This document shows positions 38,310 through 50,500 of a DNA stretch of 64,000 nucleotides, piece after piece (within the stretch, counting starts at the first letter, position 1; every line of letters begins with the position of its first letter). A model generated the notes under the pieces. That model worked only from the letters and a program-made list of their open reading frames with translations, did no database searches and was not told where the DNA came from. Where the stretch lies: contig CBFFRP010000192.1 of NCBI GenBank assembly GCA_965644295.1, forward strand, positions 1 to 64,000, given 5' to 3'. The stretch comes from Paraphysomonas bandaiensis. Lineage: Eukaryota; Protista; Chrysophyceae. A program made the position numbers and the translations under genes.

Positions 38310-40028
38310 TTGGCGAACGCATCGGTGTTAGGAGAAATAAATATGGTTGAGGTGCCAGATGCATGCACTGTTAACTTTAAACATGCAGAGTTTCAACATG
38401 ATGATTTTAAGACACCAGACTCCTATGCTGAAGCAGAGAGATCTCCACAGTACATGAAGTGGAGAGAAGCTCGGAAGGTGGAGAAGACCTCACTACTGAA
38501 GAGACGTGTCTTAAAGATTGTGCGGACTCCACGAGGAGTGAAGTTGGTGCGAGCAAAGTATGTTCACACGGTGAAGAGAGACCTTCTGGGGAACGTAGTC
38601 AAGTATAAGGCGCGGCTGGTTGCATTAGGGAATCTACAAGAAAAAACGGAGGAGGAGCAGTCCACGTTTGCTCCAGTGGTCAAAGGAATAACCATTCGAC
38701 TGGTTCTTGCAATTGCCTTTATGTTTCATATGCATGTACATCAGTTGGACGTATCATCAGCGTTTTGTTATGCCGATCTTGAAGAGGATGTGTATATGGC
38801 ACCTCCACCTGATGAAGAGTTGCCAGCGGGGTGGTGTTTTCAATTGATCAAGGCCTTATATGGTTTGCGGTCATCACCGAGGCAGTGGAACAAGCATATT
38901 GACAAGTTTATCAAATCGTTACATTTTACTGCTTGCATTTTAGATACATGCTTGTATATGCGATGGAGTAATGGTCAATTGCACTTATTGCTGATATATG
39001 TTGATGATATTATCATTGCATCTGCTGATCTCACCTACTTAGAAAGTGTTAAATGTAGGTTCTGCGAAACGTTTGAAATGCATGATCTGGGTGTGTGCAA
39101 ACGGTTTCTGAATATCAGAATCACGAGAGGCGAGGACTGGTACATGTTAGATCAATCGGAATATGCCAAGAATATTGTCAAGAAATTCAGTTCGTTTATG
39201 GGAAAGAGCAGTAAGAATAAGGAGACTCCACTACCTACCAATGTTCAGGACTTGTTGGCAGAGCAACGTGAGCTGACGGAGAAGCAGAAGCAGTGGGTCG
39301 AATCATTTCCGTATAGAGGAATTATTGGAGCGGTGTTGCATTTGGCGATTCACACTAGACCTGATCTGGCTTACGCTGTGGGGTTATTGGCTCGATTTAG
39401 TACTTCTCCAACATATGCGACTTGCAGATTAGCTATTCATTTGTTGAAATATTTACGTGGTACAGTTGATAAGGGAATCAGATTCAGTGGGAGTGAGTTT
39501 GATTTACATGTATTCAGTGATTCAGACTGGGCTGGGGATAGGATGACTCGGCGATCCACAACGGGATACATCGTGTTTTTATGTGCGGGCGCATTGGCCT
39601 GGCAGTCCAAGCTTCAGACCACAGTTGCGACTTCGAGCATGGAATCTGAGTATATGGCGGAGTATGCGGCTTTGCAAGAACTGGTGTGGCTTCGGGGGGT
39701 GTTCAAGGAGCTCGGACTCTTGGTAACGAAGCCAACTCCATTCTTTATGGATAGTAAGAGTGCAAAGGATCTTTCAGAGAATCCAGTGTATCATAAGAGG
39801 TCGAAGCATATTGACATCAAGTATCACTGGATAAGAGAACATGTTAATGGCAAATTTCCTACAGCAAAATTGATTCATGTATCTACGGATGATATGGCGG
39901 CTGATATTTTTACAAAGGCGTTGTCCACGAAGATCTTCAGTCGTCATGAGAAAACGATTACCGGGGTTAAGAGGAGTGTGTCTAACAGTGTGGAGGAGCA
40001 GCAGAAGAAACGACCCCGAAGAGGTTAA
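38310..40028 (+). CDS. pol: Ty1/copia reverse transcriptase-RNase H (5'-truncated element A)
   Basis: YKARLVALG, HQLDVSSAF, KALYGLRSSPRQW, IYVDDII, FSDSDWAGD, RSKHIDIKYH, ADIFTKAL. Confidence 0.95.
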   Translation: MANASVLGEINMVEVPDACTVNFKHAEFQHDDFKTPDSYAEAERSPQYMKWREARKVEKTSLLKRRVLKIVRTPRGVKLVRAKYVHTVKRDLLGNVVKYKARLVALGNLQEKTEEEQSTFAPVVKGITIRLVLAIAFMFHMHVHQLDVSSAFCYADLEEDVYMAPPPDEELPAGWCFQLIKALYGLRSSPRQWNKHIDKFIKSLHFTACILDTCLYMRWSNGQLHLLLIYVDDIIIASADLTYLESVKCRFCETFEMHDLGVCKRFLNIRITRGEDWYMLDQSEYAKNIVKKFSSFMGKSSKNKETPLPTNVQDLLAEQRELTEKQKQWVESFPYRGIIGAVLHLAIHTRPDLAYAVGLLARFSTSPTYATCRLAIHLLKYLRGTVDKGIRFSGSEFDLHVFSDSDWAGDRMTRRSTTGYIVFLCAGALAWQSKLQTTVATSSMESEYMAEYAALQELVWLRGVFKELGLLVTKPTPFFMDSKSAKDLSENPVYHKRSKHIDIKYHWIREHVNGKFPTAKLIHVSTDDMAADIFTKALSTKIFSRHEKTITGVKRSVSNSVEEQQKKRPRRG

Positions 40029-40198
40029 AGGTGTGTTTTAGTGGGTGAAAATCCCACATAACTGTATATCTAGTTGACTGCTAGGTATATATGTATCTTT
40101 AAAAGATTTCACATCTGTTTTTACCTATGGGACTAGATAGTCATAGCATTATCAGATTATTGTGATCACTGTTGTTTTGTCTCACTGCATTCTACATT

Positions 40199-40501
40199 GA
40201 GTGGGAGTATTAGAATATGGATCTTATTCTAGTATATTCAGTATGTCACTTGAAGACAATGTACGAGAATACAGTGAAATATAGTGATGTACAAATGCTG
40301 TGATGATATTGAGAAACTGAAATAGGTTGACCTTTCAAGATATGTTCAGTAACGAGAGGTTCGCATATGTAGGATATTATGCAGGGATTATAATGAGTTA
40401 GTGTTGGTTATCACAACTTCGTGTAAACGATACTAATAAATCTATCTAGTCTTACGACAAATTCTCTCTGTGATCTAGTGTAAAATTAACATTTCTCAAC
40501 A
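40199..40501 (+). mobile_element. PPT and 3' LTR of copia A (LTR 40208-40501)
   Basis: GAGTGGGAG then TATTAG...TCAACA; copia B homology starts immediately after 40501. Confidence 0.75.
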
Positions 40502-41033
40502 TTGAAGTATGCAAGCTATTAACACACGTATGGCAATATATTCGTGGTTCTATTGACAAAGGGATTCAATATGGGAGTAGACGGTTCGACTTCCATATGT
40601 TTACTGACGCGGATTGAGCGGTACTGAGTTTTTTTAGACAGAGGTTTAGACTTAGAGATGAGTCTATTTTACTGTCAAGAATTTTATCTCAGGCATTCAA
40701 TAGCTAGGAGGCGTCATGGTACAACACTCAATTGAGGGGGAGTGTAGAGATCTGAAGATTCTATATACTTGCAATTGAGTGCAGTATTATGTGAGATGCA
40801 AGGATCGAAAGATATATATGTAATTAGTACATTATATTGTGTAGTATGAAACTGAAGTAGAAGTGGGTGACTATACAGGATACGATCACTGAATGTGTGG
40901 TTTGTACACTATAGTAGTAAATGAATGGTGTTGAACACATCGAACACAACTTAGGTTCTTTATCATGTAATGTTTATAATTTCATCTTATCATTTTGAGA
41001 ATAGTAAACCTTAGCAAATAATGTCAACTTCTG
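40502..41033 (+). mobile_element. Internally deleted copy of the copia B 3' end (RT tail, 3'UTR, PPT, LTR from 40743)
   Basis: Near-identical to 51130-51249 joined to 51751-52164. Confidence 0.9.
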
Positions 41034-41551
41034 ATACTCGGACTGAACTTTCACTGCGCATTACAAATGCTTTACTCCACGTTTCCCTCCAATATTAACA
41101 CGCGTAGTGCTTGCGTCATCTTCAATAACCTCGAGACACACATCACAAATTGGTGCACTTCCATCCACACTCTCCGCATTCCTACAGGTCACGTGAATAC
41201 GTTGTTAATGAACTTAAGTTTATAGCACAGTGAATCGTTCATATTGTAGCAGGCATCAATCACCTCCGTGACCTTTGTTTATGGCTCTACCTTTATACTT
41301 CCCACTCACTCAATTTAGAATAGAGCAACCGGCACATGAAGTATTAGTCGACCAGATGTGCTGTTCAATCACAGTTTATAGTTATGACTGACAAGGAGTT
41401 GTCAATCATTGAGTTGCACAAATATTTCGTAAACACTTCTTAATGCTTAATCATTATATTATTTCTATGATTACAAGATTTCGTGGAGATGTTTTCAACA
41501 GTATTTCGCATGTCTAGCCCATTCTATCGATCAAACGACGTTGACCACACA

Positions 41552-44500
41552 TTAACATCTCATAACAGATGGTGGCTCAATCGCTCTAACGATTGGGAAA
41601 TTAAAAACATATGGACACAGGTCAATCATTTCCTTTAATTCAGCATCGTTTCGTTTCAGATTAGATCCTTTGTTCTTTGGCTGTTTGCGCTTGCAAGAAG
41701 TCAGTGATACAAGAGTATTCATTATATCATCTGAGTTCACAAAAGGAACACTGAGAACCTCTTCTAGATCACCAATACAACTAAGCAAAGCAAAATGGTG
41801 GTCTTCTGGAAGACCATGCCTGAAAACAATATATTATGGTCAATACATTGCAAATGGGTCTGAGTACCGTAATATAGCAGAGCTGTACTTCTCTATAATA
41901 TGCCACGCACTACTCGTCGATGCCACACGACACACAACATCCAGGGAAAACAAATTCCGTAAAAACTCTCTTCCTCTTTCAGCCGCTAAGACAAGCTGGA
42001 AAATATATATTTAAACGAGTAATAGCATTAACAAGCATCACACCTGTGCACATCGCAGGATCTCTTTATCATTTTTGACTCCAATTAAACTAAGATGTCG
42101 TTCCGCCCACCTCTCCATTTCACCCGCATTTTGCTTAAGTTGTTCGTAAAAATTGTTGATATTGTAGTTAATAATGCTGGTACACCGACTATTCGTGTGT
42201 TGTATGCTTTTATGACACTCAAACAAACCAACAAATACTTGCTGTAAAGCTAATGTGACCATACTAGATAGAGGCATATCCATTACATTGCCCACTGCAC
42301 TAGCTGTAGGAGGGGATGTTACCCGTGAAGCAGAAAACTGTAAATGGTTGAAAACAGCGCTTCTGCAACTTAGAGATGGTAACTCGCCAATAAGTGGAAC
42401 AGTTGCTGCTCGAAACGGCGGTTCATCCAGAAACCATCGAAGATAGTATCTACACCAACCACTATTATATTAGAAATATTAAGCTTGAATTTGCCTACCT
42501 CACAACTGATGTTACAACCCATGTAACTCTATGTCGTAAAGCCGTGCGTTTGTGCTGTACGTTATATAAGAGTGCAATGCTGAACTCAGCACCTTCCCTA
42601 GGCGGCAAAGAATCCTTAGCAACAGAAGAATAACTCATATACTTTAATCCAAACTCGGCACAAATAGTCTTAGCCATCTTTATAACATCAGTCGTAGTAA
42701 CACGTATCGCTATACCGTCCGTTATCTGGACATCTTCTTTGCATGCATCCAGAACGCGTGCCGCCAGTAAATGGTCATTGGCAATAGAAGCCATAGATCC
42801 CCGCATATATGATATCAAAACCGCTGAGTTGCTCTTCTCACCTGACTCCATCTGTTGTGCTTCATGACGAACTATATTTTCAATACTTTCAATCAATGCA
42901 ATAAGTTGATTAGCTAGTAACTCAAAACGCCTGGACGAACCCGGTCTCCTATCATTCGGCGGAGAAACACACTCCCCGACTAGCCCGACAAATCGCAGTT
43001 TCTTACTTTCATTGGAAGGGTCATTCTCTATGGTTTTGCATGCATCATGTGTCAGCGCGAGTAGAGAATCTTGAAGATCATCAAATATATACATCGACAT
43101 AGCCATGTCGCTTTCAGTCATTGATGACCTTGCAAGCACATCCGAGAGGGCGGCAACAAGTGTTGTGTATCCAATCGAATTCATAATGGAACCATTGCTC
43201 AGTACTTCCATAGTATCGTTAGATTCAACTTTCTTTGCCGCACGACGGAGATGTAGCATGGTGCGCACACGCCTCACATCACTTGATTTCGCAATGGACA
43301 TATCAGATAAATTGCATGACTGCGACAGCACCATCGATACAATGTCTTGATCGATACAAGAGGGTCCAACAGAATTATCTTCATCGCAATATGTAGCCGC
43401 TTCAGTTCCCTTTATAGGTGTCGCAAAATGCGACCTCTCAGCTACTTCGACTGCAGTTTCAGTAGAAGAACAACGCTCTAAACGAAGAATATCAACCTTT
43501 GCTCCGTCTTCAGTAGAAAAAGAAGTCTCTGGCAATGTTGTCGTCGTCACTCTATTAGTTTCTCCTGCTCTCAGACTAACAGTTGCAGATACTGACGCCC
43601 TTCTCTGTCTTCTACGAGTTTTGGGAGCATCCGCAGATAGCACATCCGTACCATTGTTACTGCCTTTCTCAGGTATGTCTGATGTTAAAGGTACTTTTAC
43701 AATTTGGCCTAAAGTATCTTGGGCTTTAGATGACTTACGAGGACTCTTTCGCAACGTCATAGGCGTCATTTCATTCACATACTTCACTGTGCTGTCGCCA
43801 TAGCCTGTAGTAGCTTCAAGGGTCTCAACATTACTGCCCTCGACCAATTTAAACGGCACTGCCACGGGATCCCAGTGAATGAAACCGGCATCTTTCTCTT
43901 CTGAATCAGAATCCGGTTCGACATCAGCACATACAGTATCGCCATCCTTAACTACCCCACCATTACTATCGCTACAGGATATCCCACTTTCTGCTACATC
44001 ACATGACACAGAAGAACCGTCGGCTCCATTTATAGCCATACTTACTTCTGCCACAGAAGGTACCATGGTAGAGTCGTCACGGGATCTGCCTCTACGTGTC
44101 GTCCGCCTAACTTTACTTGGAGACCCATCTGATTTCTGACTAACAGTTGTAGATACTGACGCCCTTCTCTGTCTTCTACGAGTTTTGGGAGCATCCGCAG
44201 ATAGCACATCCGTACCATTGTTACTCTCTTTCTCGGGTATGTCTGATGCTAAAGGTTCTTTTACAACTTGGCCTAAAGCATCTTGGGCTTTAGATGACTT
44301 ACAAAGGCTGTCACTACTGCCTGCAGTAGCTTCAAGGGTCTCAACATTACTGCCCTCGACCAATTTAAATGGCACTGCCATGGGATCCCAGTGAATGAAA
44401 CCGGCATCTTTCTCTTCTGAATCAGAATCCGGTTCGACATCAGCACATACAGTATCGCCATCCTTAACTACCCCACCATTACTACCACTACAGGATATCC

Positions 44501-45764
44501 CACTTTCTGCTACATCACATGACACAGAAGAACCGTCGGCTCCACTTATAGCCATACTTTCTTCTGCCACAGAAGGTACCATGGTAGAGTCGTCACGGGA
44601 TCTGCCTCTACGTGTCGTCCGCCTAACTTTACTTGGAGACCCATCTGATTTCTGACTAACAGTTGCAGATACTGATGCCCTTCTCTGTCTTCTACGAGTT
44701 TTGGGAGCATCCGCAGATAGCACATCCGTACCATTGTTACTCTCTTTCTCGGGTATATCTGATGCTAAAGGTTCTTTTACAACTTGGCCTAAAGCATCTT
44801 GGGCTTTAGATGACTTACAAAGGCTGTCACTACTGCCTGCAGTAGCTTCAAGGGTCTCAACATTACTGCCCTCGACCAATTTAAACGGCACTGCCACGGG
44901 ATCCCAGTGAATGAAACCGGCATCTTTCTCTTCTGAATCAGAATCCGGTTCGACATCAGCACATACAGTATCGCCATCCTTAACTACCCCACCATTACTA
45001 CCGCTACAGGATATCCCACTTTCTGCTACATCACATGACACAGAAGAACCGTCGGCTCCATTTATAGCCACACTTTCTTCTGCCACAGAAGGTACCATGG
45101 TAGAGTCGTCACGGGATCTGCCTCTACGTGTCGTCCGCCTAACTTTACTTGGAGACCCATCTGATTTCTGACTAACAGTTGTAGATACTGACGCCCTTCT
45201 CTGTCTTCTACGAGTTTTGGGAGCATCCGCAGATAGCACATCCGTACCATTGTTACTCTCTTTCTCGGGTATGTCTGATGCTAAAGGTTCTTTTACAACT
45301 TGGCCTAAAGTATCTTGAACTGTAGTGAACTTTAAATAGCTTTTATGTGGTGTTGCAGCTGCATTACGCGCATTGTTTTGCACGTTATGATCACTGGTTC
45401 CTGCAGGAGACTTTTTCAGTTCCTCGTGGTCGTAGGCTTGTAAAGGGGTAGAGCCTTGTTTACAGACAGGACCACATTTACTTGAAATCGGATCTATATT
45501 CTCATCTTTACTCACTGGACACCCCTGAAGCTCTGCCACCAAATACAATGATCGCTTCTTTGAAGAATCATCAGACATATGTGTTTCAATCAGATCTTTG
45601 AGCTCTCTCCACATCAAATCACTTCTATTGCTCCTCTGGAAGATCACATTCTGTGATAACTTGGGAATATGAAACATATCGGTGTTGTTCGAAGGAGTTC
45701 TGGCGGATATATCAGACAATATTCGGGTTGAATGTGGCATGCAGTGCTTACAGTGTCTGTGCAC
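41552..45764 (-). CDS. Unknown host protein, multi-exon, with long low-complexity tandem repeats and a helical C-terminal region (ends uncertain)
   Basis: 1089-aa ORF 42495-45764 followed by smaller minus-strand exons separated by short introns down to ~41552. Confidence 0.65.
43574..45318. repeat. Coding tandem repeat, 516-bp (172-aa) unit, ~3.3 near-identical copies
   Basis: Anchor GATACTGAYGCCC at 43588, 44152, 44668 and 45184 (spacings 564, 516, 516). Confidence 0.95.
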
Positions 45765-46164
45765 AAAACGCTACAATCTGATTAAGAGCTAACGATTAAC
45801 TCGCAGCACATACACAGAATGATATATACAAAGCACTAATGAGTGCATACTCATGTCCACTCGGCTAATGGTAAGAAATGTATGAGTAAAGCTACAGCAT
45901 TTGTATACGAATACCAGGAGAATACGAATAAAACAGTACGAAAAAATAACACAACCTGCATACGTATATGTCTTGCAGGCATACAATACAATACGGCTAT
46001 CGGCGATCAACGACTACTTTATTTTGATTAAACGAATTAAGTCGCCTCTGTTGAAATACAATAGCGATGATTGGATGGCTGATTTATCGCTGCAGTTGGA
46101 TTAAAACCCGAAGAAGTATGAAAATTAAAACCTCAATTTTTTGGAGTTGGAGTTGTGTAAATTA

Positions 46165-46260
46165 TTTGGCACGCGGTTGTGAAAAACAGTCATTTTAGTG
46201 CCTCTCATCGACATGACAAGTAGACTTTTTTGGCACGCGGTTGTGAAAAACAGTCATTTT
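46165..46260. repeat. Perfect 32-bp direct repeat (period 64)
   Basis: TTTGGCACGCGGTTGTGAAAAACAGTCATTTT at 46165 and 46229. Confidence 0.9.
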
Positions 46261-47017
46261 TCATCCCCCAAAAACCTCCCGGTTCCACTTGACCTCTCGC
46301 ACCCCATATGCTATCCAGATATACAGTATTACCTCTCTTTGGTGCTTTTAAACTCTACATATCGCTATTTATGGAAATGTTAATGGAGCAATCAGCTAAT
46401 ATTGAAATGGAGCAAGACACAACAGTTGGAGAATTAGGGTTGCAAACAGAGTTGGAGGGCAAGGTCTTTCACACCCATACTTGTCCACGACTAAGGGAAC
46501 AATATGTATTCTAGGCTGCTTAATCCAAGCTAGGAATGCAAGTTAACCGCGGCGAGAGAAATATTGTTGGAAAGGCGCTATAGCATATCATTGAAGTGAG
46601 TGGCGTGCTGGTGAGTGTAAGACCAACCCAGTGTGAACACAACTCTCAGAGAATATCCAGAACAATCCGACTCCAGTCGAACGCACTGGCCACTCTGCCC
46701 AACCCAGGGAAAGGAAGGTCAGAAATGTTTTGTGTGTCTCTAGCTATCCCAAAACTTGTGCTCACCAGGCTTGAACAATACCTTAGAATTATCTTAGCTC
46801 AGTGTCAAGACACTTGTCAGTCGAAGTAGATCGTAAAGAGTGTATCGTACACTGCAATACAGGTAGTAGCATAGCGGTACGACGTATAAGGATGTAGAGA
46901 TAATAATGACAATGTTAGTATACAGTGTAGTATGTAGTACAAGTATAGTCATCTTATAGGATAAAATGGATGTGAAAATCTTCATAAAGATACTGTGTAC
47001 ATTACACTTCGTTGCAA

Positions 47018-47186
47018 CACAGTTATGTGGGATTCTTACCCACTAAAACACACCCTTAACCTTTCTTGAACCGCTTCTTCTGATTCTTCTCAACTTCATT
47101 TGAAATGCTCCTCTTTTCCCCTGTGATAGTTTCTTCTTGGAGTTTAAAGAGCATTGTAGATAACGCTTTTGTAAATATGTCGGCCG
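47018..47186 (-). pseudogene. 3' end fragment of a copia A-related pol
   Basis: ADIFTKALSTMLFKLQEETITGEKRSISNEVEKNQKKRFKKG* aligns with the end of ORF 38310-40028. Confidence 0.8.
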
Positions 47187-47531
47187 TACGTATAACAGTA
47201 GCTGAGTATGCGTGTACATATGTACTAATGTAGGAGGTATGATGAGTAGTAGGCAGGTACGATTACAGGGATAGTATTACGATAACTGTAGAGGTTCGAC
47301 GGTGATAAGTATGACATGGGTGCTTAAGTGTAGAGCCAGCTTGTAAGTGCAAGATTGCTATGTTGAGTCACCCTTTTAAGGTTATGAAGTGATAATAATC
47401 ATTATTTAAGTAATTATCAGGGCCTAGGGATCTGTTTAATAGTATCTAACAGGCACTCTATAAGATAAGACGTCTTAGCACGTAGTAAGAAGTTATCCGC
47501 GGGTATGAACACAAGGTACTAACCTGAGCGA

Positions 47532-50500
47532 TGTTGAGATCTGAAGATTCTATATACTTCAAAATAAGGCCGGGGGAAAAGGTGTCTGTTGGGGTAGATC
47601 GACTGAACGGTATAATCCAGAAGCTCATAAAATTGGGACAACCGCAGACAGAGGCAAGTAAATTAGCAAAGATAAAAGCAGCGCTGCAGATAGAGGAATT
47701 ACATGATTTATGGATGTCGGTAGCGATGATGCCTAAAGCAACAACTACATTTGATTCGGTGAAAGAAGCTTGTGAAGAGTATGACGAGGCTATGACGCAG
47801 CTGAAGAAACTAAAGGGAGACAAGTCTGAAGAGATCAATTTTACAGCGTCGAAGGAGCCAGTGGTTTGTTCATTTTGTCGGAAGAAGGGACATGTAGCAG
47901 CGAATTGTTATGCTAAGGAACGACAAAGAAAAATGGATAAGTTCAAAAGAAAAGGGAAGACAAAGGAAAAGGCTTCGAAGAGTGTGCAGCAGCCAGGATC
48001 AAAGGATTATACTGGTTGTCATATCTGTGGAGATTTTAGTCACAAAGCCCGACAGTGCAAGTCGAGAAAACGGAAGAACATAAAAAACCCGGATAATGAG
48101 AATCCTCGAAAATCGAACAGGAAATTCGAGACAGAATGGAAGAAATACGTCAACGACGGAGAGTCGTCGGATGATGAAGCGAATATGTTTGGAGAAGAGG
48201 TTTTGCTATCGGTGGATACGTCGGAAGAACCTCGTGTATATCTGGACAGTTGTGCAAGTAAAAGACTGTTTATAGTAAAGGATAAAGTTGCACTGGAGTC
48301 ATTTACTCCTGAGTTTGGGGCAATCCAACTAACTAGAAAGGGTTCTCAATTGGAGACACAGGGAACTGGTACATTCGGGGAATGGAGAGACATCAGAGTT
48401 AGTGAAGAAGCGGTGAAGAACATTGTGTCAGGAGGAATGCTGAGATCAATGGGATACGGATTACAACTGCTCCGAAAGCCTAAAATCGTGGAATTGGACT
48501 CTGGAAACGAGGTGTTGACTGGAGAGTACGATGAGCATGGAGGAATGCCGTATGTGGACTTGATGGAGGTGTTAAATCTGCCAAATGTGTCTATGAGCAA
48601 TCAGATGGAGGAGGTAAATTTGTCGGATAATACAGGACAAGATGCGTTGGATCGCTTACATGAGCGTACTGGACATGTCTCGAAATCGAAGTTAAATAGA
48701 AGCTCACCGACACATGTTATTCAGAGGATCAGGACTACAACGACATCACCTTTCGAATGCAAAGGAGAAGAGTTGCAAGAAACCCCTGTGTAAATGGTGT
48801 GCCAAGGCGAAGATAACCAGGCATTCGTCCAAATCACGGGACAACGAAGAGCTAAGCGCAGTCAGGTTTCTGGAAAGAGTGACAGCGGACATCTCAGTCT
48901 ATCTCAATTGTGAATCCCGACAAGGGTATAAGTACGTGCTCCTATTTACGGACTTGGCAACGAAGATGATATAGGAATATGGTTTGAGGACTCGAAGCGG
49001 AGAGGAGGTGTTCAAATGTCTACGACACTTGTGCGAGGTCCACTTAGTGAAGTACGAGGGGTGGAACCGTATAGTGGAGTATCATGCCGATGGAGGATCC
49101 GAACTTATTAGTCAGCAGATAAGAGAGTATCTGTTGCAGCGATATGGGACTCGGGTGTCACATACAACACGAGACACGCCAGAGCTCAACGCGGTGTCTG
49201 AGAGGAAATTCCGAACAATTGGGGAGATGACACTGACGATGTTGACGGCATCTGGACTTCCAAAGTCGTTCTGGTTTGATGCTTATCAAACTGCATGTTA
49301 CATTGTGCGACGAATGCCAACTCGGACGTGGCAAGGATGGATGTCTCCATATGAGTGTGTCCCAGGGGGGAGCGTTCCCAGCCTATCGTGGCTACGGAAA
49401 TGGGGGTGCAAAGCATATGTGCTAACACCCAAGGCCGACAGGAGGAAGGACTGGGAGGACAAAGCAATGACAGGTTATTTCATAGGGTATCCAGCTGATC
49501 GAAAAGGATACAAGGTGCTAGTGGGGGACACCGTAGTACACTCTGTACATGTATTATTTGATGAATCGGTACCTGAGAGGTCACAGGATTATTATAGAGA
49601 GCTGGAGGAGGCTCAAGTGGCTATAGATCCCGAGGCTCATCAACCGGGTGAGTTTGAGTATCTTATCGGAAAGCACCATGAGGATGGTGGTCTGCTATAC
49701 AAGACTAACAGAGTGGTGATAAGGAAGGGACTTATTGTGGGATACCGGTCGTTGGTTACTGGTAACCAAGTTCAAGTGGAGGATAAAACTCCTATTCATA
49801 TTGCTGACATCAAGAAGATGACAGAGGATCTTGCGCAGAGGGTGGTTAGGGCCAGAGTTACTGACAACCGTGACGGCGGTATCAGCGGAGTGGTGCCACA
49901 GCAGTCGGAAAGTGGGCAGGTGCAGCCCCAGGCTGACTCAGCATTACCTTCGGGGGAAGGGACCCCTGCCGAGAATCATCCGCACGGCAAACGCGCAAGA
50001 ACTCCAAGGACGGTAACGAATGTATCGGTGTTAGGACAAATCCATCATTTGAGTGATGAGAGTGATGTGAATGACCTTTTACAGGAGGCAGACTCAGTGT
50101 GGATGTCAACGGAAGAGTCGACAGTGCCTCAGACACATCGTGAGTCCTTGGAGAGTGCCGAGCACAGGGAGTGGAGACGAGCTCGCCGTGTAGAGCGAGA
50201 GGGTTTGGCGAAGCGAGATACCATGGAGGTGACTCGTATACCGGACGGAGTCATCCCACTGCACTCCAAGTACGTCTATGGAAAGAAGTACGATAAGGAG
50301 GGAGAGGTCCGCCGATATAAGGCTCGTCTTGTAGCAATCGGTTGTGGACAGCAGTCGAGTGGTTGGGCGAACCATTTCGCACCCATTGTTAAGGGGGTAA
50401 CAGTGCGACTGTTAATCGCCATAGCCTTCGTGATGAACATGGTAATTCATCAACTGGATGTGTCTAACGCATTTCTATATGCAGATATAGAGGGGGACGT

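Noticed and set aside
46165-46260. Minimal CRISPR repeat-spacer-repeat
   Set aside because: Only two units, no palindrome and no cas genes, at a eukaryotic locus.
48690-48974. Programmed frameshift or readthrough in copia B
   Set aside because: The lesions fall inside the integrase region (an extra A; a probable TGG>TAG), not at the gag/pol boundary, so mutation or sequencing error is more likely.
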